The notes beneath the pieces were generated by a model. The model was given only the letters and a program-made list of their open reading frames with translations. It made no database searches and was not told where the DNA came from. A stretch of 64,000 nt of DNA from the human T2T-CHM13v2.0 reference genome, Homo sapiens, in NCBI RefSeq assembly GCF_009914755.1, contig NC_060933.1. The stretch is one strand, 5' to 3'. Shown here in pieces: positions 13,311 to 27,425 of the stretch (its first letter is position 1; every line of letters starts with the position of its first letter). The position numbers and the translations under genes were made by a program.

Positions 13311-16300
13311 GAATCAACCCGAGTGCAGGGGAATGTAATGGAACGGAATGCAATGGAATGGAATCATCCGGAATGGAATGGAATGGAATGGAATGGAATG
13401 GAATGGAATGGAATGGAATCAACCCGAGTGCAATGGAATGGAGTGGAATGGAATGGAATGGAATGGAACAACCCGAATGGAATGGAATGTAATGGAGAGT
13501 AAGGGAGTTGAAAAGAATCAATCCGAATGTAATGGAATGGAATGGAACGGAACGGAATGGAATGGAATGGAATGGAATGCAATGGAATGGAATCAACCCG
13601 AGTACAATGGAATGGAATGGAATGGAATGGAATGGAATGGAATGGAATGCAATGGAATGGAATCATCCGGAATGGAATGGAATGGAATGCAATGGAATGG
13701 AATGGAATGGAATCAACCCGAGTGCAATGGAATGGAGTGAAATGGAATGGAATGGAATGGAAACAACCAGAATGGATTGGAATATAATGGAGTGTAAGGG
13801 AATTGAATAGAATAAATCTGAATGTAATGAAATGGAATGGAACGGAATGGAATGGAATGGAATGGAATGGAATGGAATCAACTCGATTGCAATCGACTGG
13901 AATGGAATGGAATTAACCCGAATAGAATGGAATGGAATGGAATGGAACGGAACGGAATGGAATGGAATGGAATGGAATGGAATGGAACGGAAAGGAATGG
14001 AATGCAATGGAATGGAATGGAATGGAATGGAATCAACGCGAGTGCAGGGGAATGGAATGGAATCCAATGGAATGGAAAGGAATGGAATGGAATCAACCCG
14101 AGTGCAGGGGAATGTAATAGAACGGAATGCAATGGAATGGAATCATCCGGAATGGAATGGAATGGAATGGAATGGAATCAACCCGAGTGCAATGGAATGG
14201 AGTGGAATGGAATGGAATGGAATGGAACAACCCGAATGGAATGGAATGTAATGGAGAGTAAGGGAGTTGAAAAGAATCAATCCGAATGTAATGCAATGGA
14301 ATGGAACGGAATGGAATGGAATGGAATGGAATGGAATGGAATGCAATGGAAAGGAATCAACCCGAGTACAATGGAATGGAATGGAATGGAATGGAATGGA
14401 ATGGAATGGAATGGAATGCAATGGAATGGAATCTTCCGGAATGGAATGGAATGGAATGGAATGGAATGGAATGGAATGCAATGGATTCAACTCGATTGCA
14501 ATGGAACGGAATAGAATGGAATGGAATGGAATGGAATTAAACCGAATAGAATGGAATGGAATGGAATGGAACGGAACAGAACGGAACGGAACGGAACGGA
14601 GTGGAATGGAATGGAATGGAATTGTATGGAATGGAATGGAATGGTACGGAATACAATGGAATGGAAAGAATTGGAATGGAATGGAATCGAATGGAATGGA
14701 ATGGAATGGAATGGAATCAACCCGAGTGCAGGGGAATGTAATGGAACGGAATGCAATGGAATGGAATCATCCGGAATGGAATGGAATGGAATGGAATGGA
14801 ATGGAATCAACCTGAGCGCAATGGAATGGAGTGAAATGGAATGGAATGGAATGGAGACAACCAGAATGGATTGCAATATAATGGAGTGTAAGGGAATTGA
14901 ATAGAATCAATCTGAATGTAATGAAATGGAATGGAACGGAATGGAATGTAATGTAATGGAATGGAATGGAATGCAATGGAATGGAATCAACCCGAGTGCA
15001 ATCGAATGGAATCGAATGGAATGCAATGCAATGGAATGGATTCAACTTGAATGGAATGGAAAGAATGGAATCAACACGAGTGGAATGGCATGGATTGTAA
15101 TGGAATGGAATGGAATCAATCCGAGTATAGGGGAATGGAATGGAATGGAATGCAATGCAATGGAATCATCCGTAATGGAATGGAAAGGAATGGAATGGAA
15201 TGGAATGGAATGGAATGGAATGGAATGGAATGGAATCAACTCGATTGCAATCGAATGGAATGGAATGGAATTAACCCGAATAGAATGGAATGGAATGGAA
15301 TGGAACGGAACGGAATGGAATGGAATGGAATGGAATGGAATGGAACGGAAAGGAAGGGAATGGAATGGAATAGAATGGAATGGAATGGAATCAACGCGAG
15401 TGCAGGGGAATGGAATGGAATGGAATGCAATGGAATGGAATCTTCCGGAATGGAATGGAATGGAATGGAATGGAATGGAATGGAATGGAATCAACCCGAG
15501 TGCAATGGAATGGAGTGGAATGGAATGGAATGGAAGGGAACATACCGAATGGAATGGAATGTAATGGAGAGTAAGGGAGTTGAATAGAATCAATCCGAAT
15601 GTAATGGAATGGAATGGAACGGAATGGATTTGAATGGAATGGAATGGAATGCAATGGAATGGAATCAACCCGAGTGCAATGGAATGGAGAGGAATGGAAT
15701 GGAATGGAATGGAAACTACCCGAATGGAATGGAATGTAATGGAGTGTAAGGGAATTGAATAGAATCAATCCGAATGTAATGGAATGGAATGGAACGGAAT
15801 GGAATGGAATGGAATGGAATGGAATGGAATGGAATGCAATGGAATGGAATCAACCCGAGTGCAATCGAATGGAATCGAATGGAATGGAATGCAATGGAAT
15901 GGATTCAACTTGAATGGAATGGAAAGAATGGAATCAACACGAGTGGAATGGCATGGAATGGAATGGAATGGAATGGAATGGAATGGAATCAACCCAAGTA
16001 CAGGGGAATGGAATGGAATGGAATGCAATGGAATGGAATCATCCGCAATGGAATGGAAAGGAATGGAATGGAATGGAATGGAATGGAATCAACTCGATTG
16101 CAATCGAATGGAATGGAATGGAATTAACCCGAATAGACTGGAATGGAATGGAATGGAACGGAACGTAATGGAATGGAATGGAATGGAATGGAATGGAACG
16201 GAACGGAATGGAATGGAATGGAATGGAATGGAATGGAATGGAATCAACGCGACTGCAGGGGAATGGAATGGAATGGAATGCAATGGAATGGAATCTTCCG

Positions 16301-17866
16301 GAAAGGAATGGAATGGAATGGAATGGAATGAAATGCAATGGATTCAACTCGATTGCAATGGAATGGAATAGAATGGAATGGAATGGAATGGAATTAATCC
16401 GAATAGAATGGAATGGAATGGAATGGAATGGAATGGAATGGAATGGAACGGAACGGAATGGAATGGAATGGAATGGAATGGAATGGAATGGTATGCAATG
16501 GAATGGAATGGTACGGAATAGAATGGAATGGAACGAATTGTAATGGAATGGAATTGAATGGAATGGAATGGAATGGAATGGAATGGAATGGAATCAACGC
16601 GAGTGCAGGGGAATGTAATGGAACGGAACGCAATGGAATGGAATCATCCGGAATGGAATGGAATGGAATGGAATGGATTGGAATGGAATGGAATCAACCC
16701 GAGTGCAATGGAATGGAGTGGAATGGAATGGAATGGAATGGAACAACCCGAATGGAATGGAATGAAATGGAGAGTAAGGGAGTTGAATAGAATCAATCCG
16801 AATGTAATGGAATGGAATGCAACGGAATGGAATGGAATGGAATGGAATGGAATGGAATGGAATGCAAAGGAATGGAATCAACCCGAGTACAATGGAATGC
16901 AATGGAATGGAATGGAATGGAATGGAATGGAATGGATTGGAATACCTTCAAACCGAATGGAATGGAAAGGAATGGAATCAACACGAGTGGAATGGAATGG
17001 AATGGAATGGAATGGCATGGAATGGAATGGAATGATACGGAATAGAATGGAATGGAACGAAATGGAATGGAATGGAATGGAATGGAATGGAATGGAATGG
17101 AATGGAATCGTTCCGAGTGGAATAGGAGGGAATGTATTCGAGTGGAATGGAAAGGAATATAATCAACCAGAGTAGAATGGAAGGGAATGGAATGGAATGG
17201 AAACTAATAGAATGGAATCAACCCGAGTGGAATGGAATGGAAAGGACTGGAATGGAAAGGAATGGAATGGAATGGAATGGAATGGAATGGAATGGAATGG
17301 AATCAACGCGAGTGCAGGGGAATGGAATGGAACGGAATACAATGGAAAGGAATCATCCGGAATGGAATGGAATGGAATGGAATGGAATGGAATCAACCCG
17401 AATGCAATGGAATGGAGTGGAATGGAATGGAATGGAATGGAACCACCCGAACGGAATGGAATGTAATGGAGAGTAAGGGAGTTGAAAAGAATCAATCCGA
17501 ATGTAATGGAATGGAATGGAACGGAATGGAATGGAATGGAATGGAATGGAATGGAATGGAATGGAATGCAATGGAATGGAATCATCCCGAGTACAATGGA
17601 ATGGAATGGAATGGAATGGAATGGAATGGAATGGAATGGAATGGAATGGAATGCAATGGAATGGAATCTTCCAGAATGGAATGGAATGGAATGGAATGGA
17701 ATGGAATGTAATGTAATGCAATGGATTCAACTCGATTGCAATGGAATGGAATAGAATGGAATGGAATGGAATGGAATGGAATTAAACCGAATAGAATGGA
17801 ATGGAATGGAATGGAACGGAACAGAACGGAACGGAACGGAACGGATTGGAATGGAATGGAATGGAA

Positions 17867-20800
17867 TTGTATGGAATGGAATGGAATGGTACGGAATAGA
17901 ATGGAATGGAAAGAATAGGAATGGAATGGAATCGAATGGAATGGAATGGAATGGAATGGAATCAACCCGAGTGCAGGGGAATGTAATGGAACGGAATGCA
18001 ATGGAATGGAATCATCCGGAATGGAATGGAATGGAATGGAATGGAATGGAATGGAATCAACCCGAGCGCAATGGAATGGAGTGGAATGGAATGGAATGGA
18101 ATGGAGCAACCCGAATGGAATGGAATGTAATGGAGAGTAAGGGAGTTGAATAGAATCAATCCGAATGTAATGGAATGGAACGGAATGGAATGAAGTAGAA
18201 TGGAATGGAATGGAATGGAATGCAATGGAATGGAATCAACCCGAGTACAATGGAACGGAATGGAATGGAATGGAATGTAATGGAATGGAATGGAGTGGAA
18301 TGGAATGGAATGGAATCAACCCGAGTGCAATGGAATGGAGAGGAATGGAATGGAATGGAATGGAAACTACCCGAATGGAATGGAATGTAAGGGAGTGTAA
18401 GGGAATTGAATAGAATCAATCCGAATGGAATGGAATGGAATGGAACGGAATGCAATGTAATGGAATGGAATGGAGTCAACCCGAGTGCAGGGGAATGGAA
18501 TGGAATGGAATGCAATGGAATGGAATCATCCGGAATGGAATGGAATGGAATGCAATGGAGTGGTATGGAATGGAATGGAATCAACCTGAGTGCAATGGAA
18601 TGGATTGAAATGGAATGGAATGGAATGGAGACAACCAGAATGGATTGCAATATAATGGAGTGTAAGGGAATTGAATAGAATCAATCTGAATGTAATGAAA
18701 TGGAATGGAACGGAATGGAATGGAATGGAATGGAATGGAATGGAATGGAATGGAATGCAATGGAATGGAATCAACCCGAGTGCAATCGAATGGAATCTAA
18801 TGGAATGGAATGCAATGGAATGGATTCAACTTGAATGGAATGGAAAGAATGGAATCAACACGAGTGGAATGGGATGGATTGGAATGGAATGGAATGGAAT
18901 CAACCCGAGTATAGGGGAATGGAATGGAATGGAATGCAATGGAATGGAATCATCCGTAATGGAATGAAAAGGAATGGAATGGAATGGAATGGAATGGAAT
19001 GGAATGGAATCAACTCGATTGCAATCAAATGGAATGGAATGGAATTAAGCGAATAGAATGGAATGGAATGGAATGGAACGGAACGGAATGGAATGGAATG
19101 GAATGGAATGGAATGGAATGGAACGGAAAGGAAGGGAATGGAATGGAATAGAATGGAATGGAATGGAATCAACGCGAGTGCAGGGGAATGGAATGGAATG
19201 GAATGGAATGGAATCAACGCGAGTGCAGGGGAATGGAATGGAATGGAATGCAATGGAATGGAATCTTCCGGAATGGAATGGAATGGAATGGAATGGAATG
19301 GAATGGAATCAACCCGAGTGCAATGGAATGGAGTGGAATGGAATGGAATGGAATGGAACAACCCGAATGGAATGGAATGGAATGGAGAGTAAGGGAGTTG
19401 AATAGAATAAATCCGAATGGAATGGAATGGAATGGAATGGAATGGAATGGAATGGAATGGAATGCAATGCAATGGAATGGAATCAACCCGAGTGCAATGG
19501 AATGGAGAGGAATGGAATGGAATGGAATGGAAACTACCCGAATGGAATGGAATGGAATGGAGTGTAAGGGAATTGAATAGAATCAATCCGAATGGAATGG
19601 AATGGAATGGAACGGAATGGAATGGAATGGAATGGAATGGAATCAACCCGAGTGCAGGGGAATGGAATGGATTGGAATGCAATGGAATGGAATCATCCGG
19701 AATGGAATGGAATGGAATGCAATGGAATGGAATGGAATGGAATCAACCCGAGTGCAATGGAATGGAGTGAAATGGAATGGAATGGAATGGAGACAACCAG
19801 AATGGATTGGAATATAATGGAGTGTAAGGGAATTGAATAGAATAAATCTGAATGTAATGAAATGGAATGGAACGGAATGGAATGGAATGTAATGAAATGG
19901 AATGGAATGCAATGGAATGGAATCAACCCGAGTGCAATCGAATGGAATCGAATGGAATGGAATGCAATGGAATGGATTCAACTTGAATGGAATGGAAAGA
20001 ATGGAATCAACACGAGTGGAATGGCATGGATTGGAATGGAATGGAATGGAATCAACCCGAGTACAGGGGAATGGAATGGAATGGAATGCAATGGAATGGA
20101 ATCATCCGTAATGGAATGGAAAGGAATGGAATGGAATGGAATGGAATGGAATGGAATGGAATCAACTCGATTGCAATCGAATGGAATGGAATGGAATTAA
20201 CCCGAATAGAATGGAATGGAATGGAATGGAACGGAACGGAATGGAATGGAATGGAATGGAATGGAATGGAACGGAAAGGAAGGGAATGGAATGGAATAGA
20301 AAGGAATGGAATGGAATCAACGCGAGTGCAGGGGAATGGAATGGAATGGAATGCAATGGAATGGAATCTTCCGGAATGGAATGGAATGGAATGGAATGGA
20401 ATGGAATGGAATGGAATGGAATCAACCCGAGTGCAATGGAATGGAGTGGAATGGAATGGAATGGAATGGAACAACCCGAATGGAATGGAATGTAATGGAG
20501 AGTAAGGGAGTTGAAAAGAATCAATCCGAATGTAATGGAATGGAATGGAACGGAATAGAATGGAATGGAATGGAATGGAATGGAATAGAATGGAATGCAA
20601 TGGAATGGAATCAACCCGAGTACAATGGAATGGAATGGAATGGAATGGAATGGAATGGAATGGAATGCAATGGAATGCAATGGAATGCAATCTTCCGGAA
20701 TGGAATGGAATGGAATGGAATGGAATGCAATGGATTCAACTCGATTGCAATGGAATGGAATAGAATGGAATGGAATGGAATGGAATGGAATGGAATGGAA

Positions 20801-23800
20801 TGGAATTAAACCGAATAGAATGGAATGGAATGGAATGGAACGGAACAGAACGGAACGGAACGGAACGGATGTGGAATGGAATGGAATGGAATTGTATGGA
20901 ATGGAATGGAATGGTACGGAATAGAATGGAATGGAAAGAATTGGAATGGAATGGAATCGTATGGAATGGAATGGAATGGAATGGAATCAACCCGAATGCA
21001 GGGGAATGTAATGGAACGGAATGCAATGGAATGGAATCATCCGGAATGGAATGGAATGGAATGGAATGGAATGGAATGGAATCAACCCGAGCGCAATGGA
21101 ATGGAGTGGAATGGAATGGAATGGAATGGAACAACCCGAATGGAATGGAATGTAATGGGGAGTAAGGGAGTTGAATAGAAACAATCCGAATGTAATGGAA
21201 TGGAACGGAGTGGAATGGAATGGAATGGAATGGAATGGAATGGAATGGAATGGAAGGGAATGCAATGGAATGGAATCAACCCGACTACAATGGAACGGAA
21301 TGGAATGGAATGGAATGGAATGGAATGGAATGGAATGGAATGGAATGGAATCAACCCGAGTGCAATGGAATGGAGAGGAATGGAATGGAATGGAATGGAA
21401 ACTACCCGAATGGAATGGAATGTAATGGAATGTAAGGGAATTGAATAGAATCAATCCGAATGGAATGGAATGGAATGGAACGGAATGTAATGGAATGGAA
21501 TGGAATGGAATCAACCCGAGTGCAGGGGAATGGAATGGAATGGAATGCAATGGAATGGAATCATCCGGAATGGAATGGAATGGAATGCAATGGAATGGAA
21601 TGGAATGGAATCAACCCGAGTGCAATGGAATGGAGTGAAATGGAATGGAATGGAATGGAGACAACCAGAATGGATTGGAATATAATGGAGTGTAAGGGAA
21701 TTGAATAGAATCAATCTGAATGTAATGAAATGGAATGGAACAGAATGGAATGGAATGTAATGGAATGGAATGGAATGCAATGGAATGGAATCAACCCGAG
21801 TGCAATCGAATGGAATCAAATGGAATGGAATGCAATGGAATGGATTCAACTTGAAGGGAATGGAAAGAATGGAATCAACAGGAGTGGAATGGCATGGATT
21901 GGAATGGAATGGAATGGAATCAACCCGAGTATAGGGGAATGGAATGGTATGGAATGCAATGGAATGGAATCATCCGTAATGGAATGGAAAGGAATGGAAT
22001 GGAATGGAATGGAATGGAATCAACTCGATTGCAATCGAATGGAATGGAATGGAATTAACCCGAATAGAATGGAATGGAATGGAATGGAATGGAATGGAAC
22101 GGAACGGAATGGAATGGAATGGAATGGAATGGAATGGAATCAACGCGAGTGCAGGGGAATGGAATGGAATGGAATGCAATGGAATGGAATCTTCCGGAAT
22201 GGAATGGAATGGAATGGAATGGAATGGAATGGAATGAAATGCAATGGATTCAACTCGATTGCAATGGAATGGAATAGAATGGAATGGAATGGAATGGAAT
22301 GGAATTAATTCGAATAGAATGGAATGGAATGGAATGGAACGGAATGCAACGGAATGGAATGGAATGGAATGGAATGGAATGGAATGGTATGGAATGGAAT
22401 GGAATGGTACGGAATAGAATGGAATGGAACGAATTGTAATGGAATGGAATTGAATGGAATGGAATGGAATGGAATGGAATCAACGCGAGTGCAGGGGAAT
22501 GTAATGGAACGGAATGCAATGGAATGGAATCATCCGGAATGGAATGGAATGGAATGGAATGGAACGGAATGGAATGGAATGGAATCAACCCGAGTGCAAT
22601 GGAATGGAGTGGAATGGAATGGAATGGAATGGAACAACCCGAATGGAATGGAATGTAATGGAGAGTAAGGGAGTTGAATAGAATCAATCCGAATGTAATG
22701 GAATGGAATGCAACGGAATGGAATGGAATGGAATGGAATGGAATGCAAAGGAATTGAATCAACCCGAGTACAATGGAATGGAATGGAATGGAATGGAATG
22801 GAATGGAATGGAATGATACGGAATAGAATGGAATGGAACGAAATGGAATGGAATGGAATGGAATGGAATGGAATGGAATGGAATGGAATCGTTCTGAATG
22901 GAATAGGAGGGAATGTATTCGAGTGGAATGGAAAGGAATGGAAAAAACCTGAGTGGAATGGAAGGGAATGGAATGGAATGGAAACTAATAGAATGGAATC
23001 AACCCGAGAGGAATGGAATGGAAAGGACTGGAATGGAATGGAATGGAATGGAATCAACTCGATTGAATTGGAATGGAATGGAATGGAATGGAATGGAATG
23101 GAATGGAATGGAATGGAATGGAATTAACCCGAATACAATGCAATGGAATGGAATGGAACGGAATGGAGTGGAATCGAATGGAATCAACCCGAGTGCAGGG
23201 GAATGGAATGGAATGGAATGCAATGGAATGGAATCATCCGGAATGGAATGGAATGGAATGGAATGCAAAGCAATGGAATCCACTCGATTGCAATGGAATG
23301 GAATGGAATGGAAAGGAATACATTGGAATCAACCCGAGTGGAATGGAATGGAAAGGACTGGAATGGAGTGGAATGGAATGGAATGGAATGGAATGGAATC
23401 AACTCGATTGGAATGGAATGGAATGGAATGGAATGGAATGGAATGGAATGGAATGGAATTAATCCGAATAGAATGGAATGGAATGGAATGGAACGGAACG
23501 GAATGGAATGGAATGGAAAGGAATGCAATGGAAACAACCCGACTGCAGGGGAATGGAATGGAATGGAATGCAATGGAATGGATTAAACTTGAATGGAATG
23601 GAAAGAATGGAATCAACACGAGTGGAGTTGCATGGATTGGAATGGAATGGAATGGAATCAACACGAGTACAGGGGAATGGAATGGAATGGAATGCAATGG
23701 AATGGAATCATCCGTAATGGAATGGAAAGGAATGGAATGGAATGGAATGGAATGGAATCAACTCGATTGCAATCGAATGGAATGGAATGGAATTAACCCG

Positions 23801-26800
23801 AATAGAATGGAATGGAATGGAATGGAACGGAACGGAACGGAATGGAATGGATTGGAATGGAATGGAATGGAATGGAATGGAACGGAAAGGAATGGAATGG
23901 AATAGAATGGAATGGAAAGGAATGGAATGGAATCAACGCGAGTGCAGGGGAATGGAATGGAATGGAATGCAATGGAATGGAATCTTCCGGAATGGAATGG
24001 AATGGAATGGAATGGAATGGAATAAACCCGAGTGCAATGGAATAGAGTGGAATGGAATGGAATGGAATGGAACAACCCGAATGGAATGGAATGTAATGGA
24101 GAGTAAGGGAGTTGAATAGAATCAATCCGAATGTAATGGAATGGAATGGAACGGAATGGAATTGAATGGAATGGAATGGAATGCAATGGAATGGAATCAA
24201 CCCGAGTGCAATGGAATGGACAGGAATGGAATGGAATGGAATGGAAACTACCCGAATGGAATGGAATGTAATGGAGTGTAAGGGAATTGAATAGAATCAA
24301 TCCGAATGTAATGGAATGGAATGGAACGGAATGGAATGGAATGGAATGGAATGGAATGGAATGCAATGGAATGGAATCAACCCGAGTGCAATCGAATGGA
24401 ATCGAATGGAATGGAATGCAATGGAATGGATTCAACTTGAATGGAATGGAAAGAATGGAATCAACACGAGTGGAATGGTATGGATTGGAATGGAATGGAA
24501 TGGAATCAACCCGAGTACAGGGGAATGGAATGGAATGGAATGCAATGGAATGGAATCATCCGTAATGGAATGGAAAGCAATGGAATGGAATGGAATGGAA
24601 TGGAATGGAATGGAATGGAACTCAACTCGATTGCAATCGAATGGAATGGAATGGAATTAACCAGAATAGAATGGAATGGAATGGAATGGAATGGAACGGA
24701 ATGGCATGGAATGGAATGGAATGGAATGGAATGGAACGGAACGGAACGGAATGGATCGAATGGAATGGAATGGATTGGAATGGAATCAACGCGAGTGCAG
24801 GGGAATGGAATGGAATGGAATGCAATGGAATGGAATCTTCCGGAATGGAATGGAATGGAATGGAAGGGAAGGAAAGGCAATGGATTCAACTCGATTGCAA
24901 TGGAATGGAATAGAATGGAATGGAATGGAATGGAATGGAATTAACCCGAATAGAATGGAATGGAATGGAATGGAACGGAATGGAACGGAATGGAATGGAA
25001 TGGAATGGTATGGAATGGAATGGAATGGTACTGAATAGAATGGAATGGAACGAATTGTAATGGAATGGAATTGAATGGAATGGAATGGAATGGAATGGAA
25101 TCAACGCGAGTGCATGGGAATGTAATGGAACGGAATGCAATGGAATGGAATCATCCGGAATGGAATGGAATGGAATGGAATGGAATGGAATGGAATCAAC
25201 CCGAGTGCAATGGAATGGAGTGGAATGGAATGGAATGGAACGGAACAACCCGAATGGAATGGAATGTAATGGAGAGTAAGGGAGTTGAATAGAATCAATC
25301 CGAATGTAATGGAATGGAATGCAACGGAATGGAATGGAATGGAATGGAATGGAATGCAATGCTATGGAATCAACCCGAGTGCAATAGAATGGATTCGAAT
25401 GGAATGGAATGCAATGGAATGGATTCAACTTGAATGGAATGGAAAGAATGGAATCAACACGAGTGGAATGGCATGGATTGGAATGGAATGGAATGGGATC
25501 AACCCGAGTACAGGGGAATGGAATGGAATGGAATGCAATGGAATGGAATCATCCGTAATGGAATGGAAAGGAATGGAATGGAATGGAATGGAATGGAATG
25601 GAATGGAATGGAATCAACTCGATTGCAATCGAATGGAATGGAATGGAATTAACCCGAATAGAATGGAATGGAATGGAATGGAATGCAACGGAACGGAATG
25701 GAATGGAATGGAATGGAATGGAATGGAATGGAACCGAACGGAACGGAATGGAATGGAATGGAATGGAATGGAATCAACGCGAGTGCAGGGGAATGGAATG
25801 GAATGGAATGCAATGGAATGGAATCTTCCGGAATGGAATGGAATGGAATGGAATGGAATGAAATGCAATGGATTCAACTCGATTGCAATGGAATGGAATA
25901 GAATGGAATGGAATGGAATGGAATGGAATTAATCCGAATAGAATGGAATGGAATGGAATGGAACGGAATGGAACGGAATGGAATGGAATGGAATGGTATG
26001 GAATGGAATGGAATGGTACTGAATAGAATGGAATGGAACGAATTGTAATGGAATGGAATTGAATGGAATGGAATGGAATGGAATGGAATCAACGCGAGTG
26101 CAGGGGAATGTAATGGAACGGAATGCAATGGAATGGAATCATCCGGAATGGAATGGAATGGAATGGAATGGAATGGAATGGAATGGAATCAACCCGAGTG
26201 CAATGGAATGGAGTGGAATGGAATGGAATGGAATGGAACAACCCGAATGGAATGGAATGTAATGGAGAGTAAGGGAGTTGAATAGAATCAATCCGAATGT
26301 AATGGAATGGAATGCAACGGAATGGAATGGAATGGAATGGAATGGAATGCAATGCCATGGAATCAACCCGAGTGCAATAGAATGGATTCGAATGGAATGG
26401 AATGCAATGGAATGGATTCAACTTGAATGGAATGGAAAGAATGGAATCAACACGAGTGGAATGGCATGGATTGGAATGGAATGGAATGGGATCAACCCGA
26501 GTACAGGGGAATGGAATGGAATGGAATGCAATGGAATGGAATCATCCGTAATGGAATGGAAAGGAATGGAATGGAATGGAATGGAATGGAATGGAATGGA
26601 ATCAACTCGATTGCAATCGAATGGAATGGAATGGAATTAACCCGAATAGAATGGAATGGAATGGAATGGAATGCAACGGAACGGAATGGAATGGAATGGA
26701 ATGGAATGGAATGGAATGGAACCGAACGGAACGGAATGGAATGGAATGGAATGGAATGGAATCAACGCGAGTGCAGGGGAATGGAATGGAATGGAATGCA

Positions 26801-27425
26801 ATGGAATGGAATCTTCCGGAATGGAATGGAATGGAATGGAATGGAATGAAATGCAATGGATTCAACTCGATTGCAATGGAATGGAATAGAATGGAATGGA
26901 ATGTAATGGAATGGAATTAATCCGAATAGAATGGAATGGAATGGAATGGAACGGAATGGAACGGAATGGAATGGAATGGAATGGAATGGAATGGTATGGA
27001 TTGGAATGGAATGGTACGGAATAGAATGGAATGGAACGAATTGTAATGGAATGGAATTGAATGGAATGGAATGGAATGGAATGGAATGGAATGGAATCAA
27101 CGCGGGTGCAGGGGAATGTAATGGAACGGAATGCAATGGAATGGAATCATCCGGAATGGAAAGGAATGGAATGGAATGGAATGCAATGGAATGGAATCAA
27201 CCCGAGTGCAATGGAATGTAATGGAGAGTAAGGGAGTTGAATAGAATCAATCCGAATGTAATGGAATGGAATGCAACAGAATGGAATGGAATGGAATGGA
27301 ATGGAATGGAATCAACTCGATTGCAATCGAATGGAATGGAATGGAATTAACCCGAATAGAATGGAATGGAGTGTAATGGAACGGAACGGAATGGAATGGA
27401 ATGGAATGGAACGGAAAGGAAGGGA
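17867..27425 (+). repeat. Large duplicated block, copy 2
   Basis: Starts with ttgtatgg matching position 1 and stays collinear with 1-9365, apart from indels. The two diverge after ggaaaggaaggg (~9360/27420). Confidence 0.95.
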
